Below, in pieces: positions 18,789-27,309 of a DNA stretch of 64,000 nucleotides. The stretch is from Solirubrobacteraceae bacterium (GTDB lineage Bacteria; Actinomycetota; Thermoleophilia; Solirubrobacterales; Solirubrobacteraceae): NCBI GenBank assembly GCA_035553395.1, contig DASZKP010000068.1:2219-66218 (forward strand). Reading direction: 5' to 3'. Numbering within the stretch: the stretch's first letter is position 1; each line of letters begins with the position of its first letter. A program made the position numbers and the translations under genes. The notes under the pieces were generated by a model. It was not told the origin of the DNA. It worked only from the letters and a program-made list of their open reading frames with translations, and did no database searches.

Positions 18789-18798
18789 GGCGCACTCG

Positions 18799-18990
18799 AT
18801 GGCCAAGGTATGTCACAGCTGCGCGAAGGGTCCGGCGTTCGGCAACAGCCGCAGCCACTCGATGGTCGCGACTCGTCGGCGGTTCGATCCGAATCTCCAG
18901 AAGGTCCGCATCCTCGTCGGGAAGACGCCTCGTCGCGTGTACGTCTGCACGCGCTGCCTGAAGGCCGGCAAGGTCACCAAGGCGGCCTGA
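18799..18990 (+). CDS. rpmB: 50S ribosomal protein L28
   Basis: [36 protein letters not shown]. Confidence 0.92.
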   Translation: MAKVCHSCAKGPAFGNSRSHSMVATRRRFDPNLQKVRILVGKTPRRVYVCTRCLKAGKVTKAA

Positions 18991-19006
18991 CGAGCGTCCG
19001 CGGGTC

Positions 19007-20647
19007 GTGACCGACCCCAACCTCGTTCGCTTTCGCTCTGTAGTCGCCGGGGCGCTGGCACATCTCGAGTCTCGCCGCCAGGAGGTCAACGCCCTCAACG
19101 TGTTCCCGGTCGCCGACGGCGACACCGGCGACAACATGGTTCTCACGCTGCGGGCCGTCCTCGACGAGCTCGACCGGTTGGCCAGCAACGGCGACCGGAC
19201 GATCGACGAGATCGGCCGGGACGAGATCGTCGACGCCGTGGCCCGGGCCGCCCTGCTCGGAGCCCGGGGTAACAGCGGGGTCATCCTCTCCCAGCTGATC
19301 CGCGGGGCCGCCGAGGAGCTCGTCAGCCGGCCGGGCGAGCTCGTCGATCCCGTGCTGGTCGGGGCGGCGATGGCCCGCGCGGCCGACCGGGCGTACGCGT
19401 CGGTCAGGGCGCCGGCCGAGGGGACGATCCTGACCGTCGTACGCGAGATGGCCCACCGGGTCGCCGGCGACCTCGCCCACACCCCGGAGGCCCGCCTGGC
19501 GATCGACGCGCCGGTCGACATCCAGGAGAGCGCGATCGCCGCGATCCTCGCCGGCGCGATCGAGTCCGGCGAGGCGTCGGTCAAGCGGACGCCCGACCTG
19601 CTCCCGGTCCTGCGGGAGGCAGGCGTCGTCGATGCCGGCGGGTACGGCCTGATCGTGATCTTCGCCGGCATCGTCGCAGCCCTCCGCGGCGAGGCCCCGC
19701 CGCCGCTCGAGCACCACGCCCCGGCGAGGATCAGCCACCCCGACCACAACTCGCAGACCTACCGCTTCTGCACGAACTTCGCCGTGACCGGGAGCGGACT
19801 TGCCGCGGCCGGCCACATCCCCGCGCTCGAGGCGCTCGGCGACTCCGTGCTCGTCGTCGGCGACGCCCACACGCTGAAGGTCCATGTCCACACCGACGAG
19901 CCCGAGCTCGCGACGGCGGTCTTCACCGGGGTCGGCGAGGTCTCCCACCTCGACGTCTCGGACATGCACGCCCAGGTCGCCCAGCGGATCGCCACGCTCA
20001 CCGCGTCCTTCGAGACCCACCGGTGCGGCGTCCTCGCCGTCGTCGCCGGCCCGGGCATCGGGGAGCTGTTCATGAGCCTGGGCGCCGCCGTGCTCGACGG
20101 CGGGCCGACGCTGAACCCGTCGACCTACGAGCTGCTCGCCGGGATCCACGAGGTCGCCGCCGAGGAGGTCGTCGTCCTCCCCAACAGTCCGAACGTGATC
20201 ATGGCCGCCGAACGAGCGGCCGAGCTGTCCGACAAGCACGTGCTGGTCGTCGGCTCGCGCTCCCAGCAGGCCGGTCTCGCGGCGGCCGTCGCGCTCGACC
20301 CGGGCCACTCCGCGGCCGAGAATGCCGCGGCCATGCGTGAGGCCCTGACCCACGTGCGCACCGGCTGGGTGGCCCCGGCCGCACGCGAGGATCCCGAGGG
20401 CCGCTACCGGATCGGCGAGGCAGTCGGCAGCGTCGATGACCAGCTGGTCGCCTGGGGCGACCCCGAGCGGACGCTGGCGGCCGTGCTCGGGCTGCTGGCC
20501 GACGGTGCCGAGCTGCTGACCTGCATCGAGGGCGACGGCGCTCCGGTCGCAGCCGAGCGGGCGGCCGGCCTGGTGCCCGACGGGGTCGAGTTCGAGCACA
20601 GCGTCGGTGGCCAGCCGAGCTACTGGTGGCTGCTGGCGGCCGAGTAG
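19007..20647 (+). CDS. DAK2 domain-containing protein (YloV family)
   Basis: LNVFPVADGDTGDNM...ARGNSGVILSQ; typical position after rpmB and before recG. Confidence 0.85.
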   Translation: MTDPNLVRFRSVVAGALAHLESRRQEVNALNVFPVADGDTGDNMVLTLRAVLDELDRLASNGDRTIDEIGRDEIVDAVARAALLGARGNSGVILSQLIRGAAEELVSRPGELVDPVLVGAAMARAADRAYASVRAPAEGTILTVVREMAHRVAGDLAHTPEARLAIDAPVDIQESAIAAILAGAIESGEASVKRTPDLLPVLREAGVVDAGGYGLIVIFAGIVAALRGEAPPPLEHHAPARISHPDHNSQTYRFCTNFAVTGSGLAAAGHIPALEALGDSVLVVGDAHTLKVHVHTDEPELATAVFTGVGEVSHLDVSDMHAQVAQRIATLTASFETHRCGVLAVVAGPGIGELFMSLGAAVLDGGPTLNPSTYELLAGIHEVAAEEVVVLPNSPNVIMAAERAAELSDKHVLVVGSRSQQAGLAAAVALDPGHSAAENAAAMREALTHVRTGWVAPAAREDPEGRYRIGEAVGSVDDQLVAWGDPERTLAAVLGLLADGAELLTCIEGDGAPVAAERAAGLVPDGVEFEHSVGGQPSYWWLLAAE

Positions 20648-20653
20648 GCCGCC

Positions 20654-20706
20654 GGGCGGCGTCCTCCCGGGGTGCCCGCGGGCGGCGTCCTCGCCGGGGT
20701 GCCCGC
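20654..20706 (+). repeat. 26/27-nt tandem duplication immediately after the yloV-like stop
   Basis: gggcggcgtcctcccggggtgcccgc followed by gggcggcgtcctcgccggggtgcccgc. Confidence 0.8.
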
Positions 20707-20759
20707 GGGGGTGCTCGCGGGTGGGGTCGCGGGCTGGAAGATAAAGGGAGGACGTCGAC

Positions 20760-20793
20760 CCTTCGAGAGAAAGCTGCCTGACTCAGGCAGCTT
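20760..20793 (-). terminator. copy 1 of a conserved 32-nt element: palindromic hairpin (GCTGCCTGA-N-TCAGGCAGC) plus TTTCTC tail
   Basis: 32 nt at 20760-20791 match the reverse complement of 51419-51450 with one mismatch. The arms here extend to 11 bp, and the element sits in a convergent intergenic gap. Confidence 0.45.
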
Positions 20794-20948
20794 GTTTCCG
20801 GGACGACTACACACCGGGGCACACGAGGACATTCCCCGACCCCCGTCGGCCTCCCGCCCCGCCCTCGGTCGGCCCCCGGGCTCCCGGGCCCCGATCGGCT
20901 TCTGGCCCCCGATCGGCCCCCGGCCCCCAGGCCCCGCGGTCGTCCCGG

Positions 20949-21950
20949 TCAGTCGACGACGCAGGCGCCGCCGGTCAGCCTGGCTTCGTAGATCGCCCCG
21001 TCCAGGCGATGGAGGAGCGAGGCCGGGGTCTCCTCGGACGAGCCGATCGCCACGCCGATCGCGGCGCCGATGTTGAGGGAGCGGACGCCGACGACCACGG
21101 CCTGAAGGCAGATCGCGTCGCGGATCCCCTCGGCGATGCTGGTCGCCCCGACGGGGTGCTCGGCGCTCTGGCAGATCACGGCGAACTCGGCTCCGGCGTA
21201 CCGGTAGGCGGTGTCCCCGTCGTCGAGGACGCCCTCGAGCCGGCGGGAGATCTCGCGGAGGACCTCGTCACCGAGGGCGTGACCGAAGTTGTCGTTGAGC
21301 GACTTGAGGCCGTCGATGCTGACGAGCATGACCGAGAAGCCGGTGTCCAACCGCCCGGACCGGACGATCGTCTGGCCGATCCGATCCTCGAACAGGGCAC
21401 GGTTCGGCAGTCCGGTGAGCGAGTCGTGGGTCGCCCTGCGGATCAGCTCGCGCGTGACCCGCGCGCGTTCGATCGCGCGGTTGATCGCCCGCCAGAGCTG
21501 GGCCGCGGCCAGCTCGTGCTTGGCGACATAGTCCTGGGCCCCACGACCGACCGCGGCCAGCGCGAGGCGATCGTCGTCGACCCCGGTCAGCACGACGACG
21601 GGAACGCCGGGGGCGGCCGCGAGGATCTGATTGAGTCCGTCCAGGCCTTCCAGCAGGTCGATCCCGCCGGGCGCGTCGAGCCGGTCGATGTGATCGAGGC
21701 CGTCGGGGTCGGGGAGGCCGAGATCGAGCAGGACGCAGTCGGGGGCCGCGCTGGCGAGGGCCCGGGCGGCGTCGTCGACGCGCTCGCAGGTCGTCACGAG
21801 GAGCGATGGATCGTGCTCGCGGAGGAGCTCGGCCGTCAGTCGGGCATCACCCGGCGTGTCCTCGACAATCATGATGCTCAGGCCGGTGACGACCGGCCGT
21901 GCCTGCGGGGGTGGGCCGGCCGGCTTGACGGCGGCCTCGGAGACGGTCAT
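20949..21950 (-). CDS. response regulator receiver + GGDEF-type domain with a degenerate active site
   Basis: IMIVEDTPGD...LLDLGLPD receiver, then THDSLTGLPNR...RYAGAEF in the place of RxGGDEF. Confidence 0.85.
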   Translation of the reverse strand: MTVSEAAVKPAGPPPQARPVVTGLSIMIVEDTPGDARLTAELLREHDPSLLVTTCERVDDAARALASAAPDCVLLDLGLPDPDGLDHIDRLDAPGGIDLLEGLDGLNQILAAAPGVPVVVLTGVDDDRLALAAVGRGAQDYVAKHELAAAQLWRAINRAIERARVTRELIRRATHDSLTGLPNRALFEDRIGQTIVRSGRLDTGFSVMLVSIDGLKSLNDNFGHALGDEVLREISRRLEGVLDDGDTAYRYAGAEFAVICQSAEHPVGATSIAEGIRDAICLQAVVVGVRSLNIGAAIGVAIGSSEETPASLLHRLDGAIYEARLTGGACVVD

Positions 21951-22170
21951 ATCCGGCCGACGGACGACGGCCGCCGGCGCGCGGCATGGCGGTGCAGACT
22001 CACATTGACCCCTGACGACGATCGGTACCTTCCTACGTCCGTATCGGGCCGACTTGAGTCAGGCTTTAGGAGGAATCGTCTCCAGCGGTCGGGTCCGGCG
22101 ACCAGTCGGTCGGACGCCGGCCGGCCGGGCGGATCAGGGCCGACCGGAGCGGTCTTCATCATTGAGGCGG

Positions 22171-24330
22171 ATGAAAGCTTCGACGATCGATCAGGCCGGC
22201 CCGCACGGCTTCGCGAGCCGGGAGCGGCCGGCCACCGCCGCGCTGCTCGACGCTCCGATCCGCTGGCCGCGTCCGTCGCTCCTCGAGGCCGGCCTCGACC
22301 TGACCGGCAAGGCGGCCGACGGGGCGGCGGCGCTCGGCCTGGAGAGCGTCGGCGACCTCCTCGACCACCTCCCGCGGGCCCGCCGCGAGGCGCGGACCGT
22401 CGCCGCCCTGGTCACGGGGGAGACGGCGACCGTGCTGGTCGAGGTCCGCACGATCAGCCAGCGGCCGGTCCGCCGGCGGGGGATGCGCCCGCTCGTCGAG
22501 GCGAGCGTGTTCGACGAGACCGCGACGATGAAGGCCACCTTCTTCAACCAGCCGTGGCTGGCCGGCAGGTACCCGCCGGGAACGAGGCTGGTCCTCCACG
22601 GCAAGTACGAGGGCCGGTCGAGCTTCAAGGTCTCCCATCACGCGGTGACCGACGCGACCGGTGCGGCGGACGGCGCGGTCTCCCACTACGCGGCGACCGA
22701 CGGCCTCTCGTCGACGCAGATCTTCGCTCTGATGAGCGCTGCCCGACCCCTCCTCACGGAGGTCTCAGACGCCCTCCCCGCACTGATGCGGGCCGGCCAG
22801 AAAATGCCGGATCGGGCGGCCGCGCTCGGCTGCGTGCACTTCGCGCAGACGGCTGCCGAAGTCGAGGCCGGGCGGCGTCGACTGGCCTTCGAGGAGCTTC
22901 TGATGACCCAGCTCGGCCTGCTCCGCCGGCGGGCCCGCCGTCGCAGCGGCGACCCGGCGATCGGCCTCTGTGACGGTCCGTCGTTGACCGGCCGGTGGCT
23001 GGCCGGCGGCCTCCCATTCGAGCTGACCGGCGACCAGCGGGCGGCGATCGAGACCGTCGGCGACGAGCTCGGACTGCGGATCCCGATGCAGCGGCTGCTG
23101 ATGGGGGAGGTCGGGTCGGGGAAGACGGTGGTTGCCCTCTACGCGATGCTCCGGGCCGTCGAGCACGGCCACCAAGCGGTCCTGATGGCGCCGACCGAGA
23201 CGCTCGCCGAGCAGCACTTCCAGACGATCCAGCGGCTCGTCGGCGGCGAGAACGTCACGCTCGCCCTGCTGACGTCGTCGACGCCGGCCGGCCGGCGCAA
23301 CGACATCCTCGGCAAGCTCGGCTCAGGCGAGCTCCAGGTCGTCGTCGGGACCCACGCGGTGATCGAGCCGACCGTCGAGTTCGCGTCGCTCGCGGTCGCC
23401 GTCGTCGACGAGCAGCACCGCTTCGGCGTCCGCCAGCGGGCCGTCCTCGACGGGAAGGCGCCGGCCGGGCTGGTCCCGCACGTGCTCCACATGACGGCGA
23501 CGCCGATCCCCCGGACGCTGGCTCTCTGCGCCCACGGCGACCTCGACCAGTCCCGTCTGCGCGAGCTGCCGCGCGGCCGCCAGGCGATCGAGACGCACGT
23601 CGCCGGCGGCGAGCGGGAGCGCGAGCGGGCGTACGAGCGGATCCGCGAGGAGCTTCGCCAGGGGCGCCAGGCGTTCGTCGTCTGCCCGCTGGTCGACGAG
23701 CCCGACGACTCGCCGAACGCGATCGTCGCCCGGGCGGCCACGGCCGAGTACGAGCGGCTGGCGACCGGCGAGTTCGCCGACTTCCGGGTCGTCCTCCTGC
23801 ACGGTCAGCTCCACCACCGCGACAAGCAGGCGGCGATGGCCGCGTTCGCCGGCGGCCAGGCCGACGTCCTCGTGGCGACGTCGGTCGTCGAGGTCGGGAT
23901 CGACGTGCCGAACGCGACGGTGATGCTGATCGAGAACGCCGAGCGGTTCGGGATCTCCCAGCTCCACCAGCTCCGCGGCCGGGTCGGCCGGGGCGAGCAC
24001 CCGTCGCTGTGCCTGCTGTTCGGCCCGAAGGGGTCCCAGCGGCTGCGGGCGCTGGCCGACCACACCGACGGATTCGAGCTGGCCGAGATCGATCTCGAGA
24101 TGCGGCGGGAGGGAGACCTGATCGGCACCCGCCAGTCCGGACTCGGCGAGTTCCGCGTGGCCGTGATCCCCGGGGACGAGGAGCTCGTCGAAGCCGCGCG
24201 GACGGCGGCCGCCCGCGTGATCGACGGTGACCCGGAGCTCCGCGAGCCCGAGCATGCCCTGCTCGCCGCCGCCCTCGCGGCCGCCCACGGCGTCGACCGG
24301 CTCGAGCTCGACCGGCCGATCCCGGCGTGA
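22171..24330 (+). CDS. recG: ATP-dependent DNA helicase RecG
   Basis: Wedge domain plus MNRLLMGEVGSGKT-type Walker A (LLMGEVGSGKT), DEQHRFG, and QLHQLRGRVGRG. Confidence 0.9.
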   Translation: MKASTIDQAGPHGFASRERPATAALLDAPIRWPRPSLLEAGLDLTGKAADGAAALGLESVGDLLDHLPRARREARTVAALVTGETATVLVEVRTISQRPVRRRGMRPLVEASVFDETATMKATFFNQPWLAGRYPPGTRLVLHGKYEGRSSFKVSHHAVTDATGAADGAVSHYAATDGLSSTQIFALMSAARPLLTEVSDALPALMRAGQKMPDRAAALGCVHFAQTAAEVEAGRRRLAFEELLMTQLGLLRRRARRRSGDPAIGLCDGPSLTGRWLAGGLPFELTGDQRAAIETVGDELGLRIPMQRLLMGEVGSGKTVVALYAMLRAVEHGHQAVLMAPTETLAEQHFQTIQRLVGGENVTLALLTSSTPAGRRNDILGKLGSGELQVVVGTHAVIEPTVEFASLAVAVVDEQHRFGVRQRAVLDGKAPAGLVPHVLHMTATPIPRTLALCAHGDLDQSRLRELPRGRQAIETHVAGGERERERAYERIREELRQGRQAFVVCPLVDEPDDSPNAIVARAATAEYERLATGEFADFRVVLLHGQLHHRDKQAAMAAFAGGQADVLVATSVVEVGIDVPNATVMLIENAERFGISQLHQLRGRVGRGEHPSLCLLFGPKGSQRLRALADHTDGFELAEIDLEMRREGDLIGTRQSGLGEFRVAVIPGDEELVEAARTAAARVIDGDPELREPEHALLAAALAAAHGVDRLELDRPIPA

Positions 24331-24340
24331 GCGGGGCGGC

Positions 24341-24994
24341 GTGCGGGTGATCGCAGGACGCTACGGCGGCCGGCGCCTCACGGCACCCGCGGGGTCCGCG
24401 ACCCGGCCGACATCAGATCGCGTGCGGGAGGCCGTCTTCTCGATTCTGGCCGCCGTCGGCGGGCTCGACGGAGTCCGGGTTCTCGACCTCTTCGCGGGGT
24501 CGGGCGCCCTCGGAATCGAGGCCGTGTCGCGGGGCGCGGCCCACGCGACGTTCGTCGAGATCGACGACGCGGCCCGGACCGTGCTGCGGGCGAACCTGAC
24601 CGCTCTCGGGCTCGGCGCCGGCCGGCCCGCTGGACGCGACCCGGCCGGGGCGGGCGTTGACGGGCAGCCGGTGGCCGAGCCGGGCGTTGACGGGCGGCCG
24701 GTGGCCGAGCCGGTCGTCCGGATTCGGGGCGGGGATGCCCTGACGGCGCTGCGGTCGGTCGAGACCGACGGCGAGCACTTCGATCTCGTCTTCGTCGACC
24801 CGCCGTACGCCGACGCGGCAGAGCTCGGCCGGAGGCTTGGGCCGGGGCTCGAGCGGGTGGTCGCCGACGGCGGGTGGGTTGTCTGCGAGAGCGATCGGCG
24901 GTCGCCGATCGAGCTGGACTTGCGGCTCGAGCGGGAGCGCCGGTACGGTGACACCCTGATTCGCATCTACCGTCGAGGAGATCGGAGCCGATGA
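24341..24994 (+). CDS. rsmD: 16S rRNA (guanine966-N2)-methyltransferase RsmD with an inserted loop
   Basis: VIAGRYGGRRL...TRPTSDRVREAVFS...LDLFAGSGALGIEA...VFVDPPY; GTG 24341 chosen as the start. Confidence 0.85.
   Translation: MRVIAGRYGGRRLTAPAGSATRPTSDRVREAVFSILAAVGGLDGVRVLDLFAGSGALGIEAVSRGAAHATFVEIDDAARTVLRANLTALGLGAGRPAGRDPAGAGVDGQPVAEPGVDGRPVAEPVVRIRGGDALTALRSVETDGEHFDLVFVDPPYADAAELGRRLGPGLERVVADGGWVVCESDRRSPIELDLRLERERRYGDTLIRIYRRGDRSR
24651..24710 (+). repeat. in-frame 30-nt tandem duplication inside rsmD
   Basis: cgggcgttgacgggcagccggtggccgagc followed by cgggcgttgacgggcggccggtggccgagc (GVDGQPVAEP/GVDGRPVAEP). Confidence 0.9.
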
Positions 24995-25488
24995 CCCCCA
25001 GCAACCGGATCGCCGTGTGTCCTGGTTCGTATGACCCGGTGACCAACGGACACCTCGACGTGATCACGCGGGCGGCCGGTCTGTTCGACGAGGTGATCGT
25101 CGCCGTCGTGTCGAACTCGCTGCGCAAGCAGACGACCTTGTTCACGATCGACGAGCGGATCTCGTTCATCCAGGAGGCGACGACCCACCTCCCGGGCGTC
25201 CGGGTCGAGCCGTTCGACATGCTGACCGTCGAGTTCGCCCGGCGGATGGGCGCGAAGACTCTGGTCAAGGGTCTGCGGGCGATCTCGGACTTCGAGTACG
25301 AGATGGAGATGAACCAGCTGAACCGGATGCAGGCCGCCGAGATCGAGTCGGTCTATCTGATGGCCAGCCCGGAGTTCAGCTTCCTCAGCTCGAGCGGCGT
25401 CAAGGAGCTCGCGCGGTTCGGCGGGACGATCGACAACCTCGTCCCCGGCCGGGTGGCCCAGCGCCTGCAGGAGGAGCTCGCCCGGTGA
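24991..25488 (+). CDS. coaD: phosphopantetheine adenylyltransferase
   Basis: IAVCPGSYDPVTNGHLDVI...RAISDFEYE; ATGA overlap with rsmD. Confidence 0.92.
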   Translation: MTPSNRIAVCPGSYDPVTNGHLDVITRAAGLFDEVIVAVVSNSLRKQTTLFTIDERISFIQEATTHLPGVRVEPFDMLTVEFARRMGAKTLVKGLRAISDFEYEMEMNQLNRMQAAEIESVYLMASPEFSFLSSSGVKELARFGGTIDNLVPGRVAQRLQEELAR

Positions 25489-25620
25489 GCACGACCGCTT
25501 GCACGAGGACGACGCCCGGTGCGCACGACCGCTTGCAGGAGGAGGTGGCCGGGTGAGCGCGACCGCTTGCACGAGGACGACGCCCGGTGCGCACGACCGC
25601 TTGCAGGAGGCGGCCGGCCG
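25452..25620 (+). repeat. 34-nt tandem repeat x4 (or 68 nt x2) that begins in the last codons of coaD and includes its TGA
   Basis: Units start at 25481, 25515, 25549 and 25583 (cccggtgagcacgaccgcttgcacgaggacgacg, cccggtgcgcacgaccgcttgcaggaggaggtgg, and so on). The coaD tail gcctgcaggaggagctcgcccggtga is echoed in the units. Confidence 0.85.
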
Positions 25621-25673
25621 GCAGCGAATCAGGTGGGTGCGAGCCGTGCCCAACGCGCGCGGCGCTGACCGTT

Positions 25674-25679
25674 TAGGCT
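25674..25679 (+). promoter_or_regulatory. -10-like box TAGGCT, 7 nt upstream of ATG 25687
   Basis: TAGGCT 25674-25679, then tcatctg, then ATG. Confidence 0.4.
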
Positions 25680-25686
25680 TCATCTG

Positions 25687-26151
25687 ATGGACGTACTCGT
25701 ACTGATCGACAAGCTCGACGACTTGGTCCACAATGCCAAGCCGGTTCCGCTGACCGATCAGGTCCGCGTGGACAAGGAGGAGATCTACGACATCCTCGAT
25801 CAGATGCGCGCGACGATCCCCGAGGAGATCAAGCAGGCCAGGTGGATCGTCAAGGAGCGCCAGGAGATGCTCGCCGAGGCAAAGCGCGAGGCCGAGCGCC
25901 TCGTCAAGGAGGCCCGGGAGAAGCAGAACCGGCTGATCGGCGAGGAAGAGGTCACCAAGGAGGCCGAGCGGGCGGCCGAGGACATCATCGAGGACGCTCG
26001 GGCCCGGGAGCGGGAGATCCGCCTGGGGGCCGAGGACTACGCCGACGAGATCCTCAACACGCTCGAGGTCAACCTGTCGAAGTTCATCGCCGCCGTCCAG
26101 CGCGGCCGCGACCGGCTGCAGGGCAAGGACGAGCCGGCCGAAGTCGCCTGA
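25687..26151 (+). CDS. charged coiled-coil protein, function unknown
   Basis: 154 aa, strongly K/E/R/A-rich heptad-like sequence (EAKREAERLVKEAREKQ...); clean ATG and codon usage. Confidence 0.6.
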   Translation: MDVLVLIDKLDDLVHNAKPVPLTDQVRVDKEEIYDILDQMRATIPEEIKQARWIVKERQEMLAEAKREAERLVKEAREKQNRLIGEEEVTKEAERAAEDIIEDARAREREIRLGAEDYADEILNTLEVNLSKFIAAVQRGRDRLQGKDEPAEVA

Positions 26152-26178
26152 GCCGGCCGGTCGGTCGGCCGACTGGGT

Positions 26179-26676
26179 TCAGTCGGGATCGGACGCCGAG
26201 CGCTCGTCGAGGATCCGGTCGAGTTCGGGCACGGCGGCCCGCAGGCTCGGCAGGTTCACGACGATCCCGTCCTGGGTCGTCCGCGCGAGGACGACGACGG
26301 CCTCCTCGGTCGGGGACGGATTCTCCTCGCGATGGGGGACGTAAGGCGGAACGTAGACGTAGTCGCCGGGGTTCGCCTCGACCCGTCGCTCGGCGTCGGC
26401 CTCGAGGAAGACGAAGACCGGATGCCCGCGGACGACGTAGATCCCCGTCTCGGCCCTGCCGTGATGGTGGTCGGCCGAGACCATTCCCGGCCCGATGTGG
26501 CTCTCGCCCATCCACAGGTCCCGGGCCCCGGTGAGCGTCCCGGAGATCGCCTCGTAGCGCCGCATGCCAGGCGTCTGCGCCGTGTCCTGGCTGAGGTGGT
26601 CACCGCCGGTGTGGTGCAGGCGGCGGTGCCAGGCCGCCGTCGCGTCCCGGCTTGCGGCGTGGTCGTCCTCGGTCAT
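26179..26676 (-). CDS. cupin domain protein
   Basis: HHHGRAETGIYVVRGHPVF...GDYVYVPPYVPHRE two-motif cupin signature; ATG 26676 chosen as the start. Confidence 0.7.
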   Translation of the reverse strand: MTEDDHAASRDATAAWHRRLHHTGGDHLSQDTAQTPGMRRYEAISGTLTGARDLWMGESHIGPGMVSADHHHGRAETGIYVVRGHPVFVFLEADAERRVEANPGDYVYVPPYVPHREENPSPTEEAVVVLARTTQDGIVVNLPSLRAAVPELDRILDERSASDPD

Positions 26677-26710
26677 GCCGGTCACGATAACGCCGCTCCC
26701 GGCCGAGAGC

Positions 26711-26848
26711 GGGTCGGGCCGGGGGTCGGCCGGGTGGGGTGGGGCCGGGCCGGGTGGGGTAGGGCCGGGTGGGGCCGGGTGGGGTGGGGCCTCGCCGGGT
26801 CGGGCCGGGTGGGGTGGGGCCTCGCCGGGTCGGGTGAGGCGGGGGGGG
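26711..26848 (+). repeat. G-tract array (GGGTGGGGTGGGGCC-type units, including a ~30-nt direct repeat)
   Basis: Dense runs of 3-8 G on the + strand between the deazaflavin oxidoreductase stop and the cupin start. The mRNA sense is C-rich. Confidence 0.85.
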
Positions 26849-27295
26849 TCAGGTGGGCTCGAGGATGACGAGAGGTATCTCGCGCGCGGCTCTGGCCTGG
26901 TAGTCGCGGTAGCCGGAGTAGACGGCGACGGCCTTCGGCCAGAGGCGGTCGCGTTCGTCCGGCGTTGCCAGCCTGGCGCTGACGTCCCGGCGCGTCGAGC
27001 CGATCTGGATCGTCGCGTCCGGGTTCGCAAGGAGGTTGTGGTACCAGGCGGGGTTTCTCGGATGACCGCCCTTGGAGGCGACGACAACGATGTCGGGGCC
27101 GTCGGTGACATAGACCAGCGGCGTCGTGCGGAGCGTGCCGGTCTTCGCCCCGACGTGGTCGAGCAAGAGCATCGGCGGGGCTCCGGGCAGCCGATGTCCG
27201 ATCAGGCCGCTGGTCGCCCGGTAGACCGTCGCGTGTGCGCCGGCGAGCCGGCGCAGGACGGGCCAGGCGCGGTCGGCCAGCTCCATCGTGTCCAC
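26849..27295 (-). CDS. deazaflavin (F420)-dependent nitroreductase-family oxidoreductase (DDN-like)
   Basis: LLLDHVGAKTGTLRTTPLVYV...VVASKGGHPRNPAWYHNLLANP...IPLVILE. Confidence 0.85.
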   Translation of the reverse strand: MDTMELADRAWPVLRRLAGAHATVYRATSGLIGHRLPGAPPMLLLDHVGAKTGTLRTTPLVYVTDGPDIVVVASKGGHPRNPAWYHNLLANPDATIQIGSTRRDVSARLATPDERDRLWPKAVAVYSGYRDYQARAAREIPLVILEPT

Positions 27296-27309
27296 GCGCT
27301 CGACGCCCC

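Noticed and set aside
18880-18900. tRNA-like GGTTCGA T-loop strings (for example in rpmB, and near 48330 in rimM).
   Set aside because: They lie inside well-supported CDSs and lack acceptor and anticodon stem complementarity. I found no tRNA, rRNA or SRP RNA.
22040-22060. A third partial copy (TGAGTCAGGC) of the palindromic hairpin element, upstream of recG.
   Set aside because: It is only a 10-nt match with no second arm. By a rough estimate, a chance 10-mer match in 64 kb on two strands is not negligible.
26676-27111. Proline-rich N-terminal extension of the cupin protein (PGEAPPHPARPGEAPPHP...) from ORF 26179..27111.
   Set aside because: The extension is the translation of the G-tract repeat and overlaps the deazaflavin oxidoreductase gene in another frame. 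ATG 26676 gives a normal-sized cupin.
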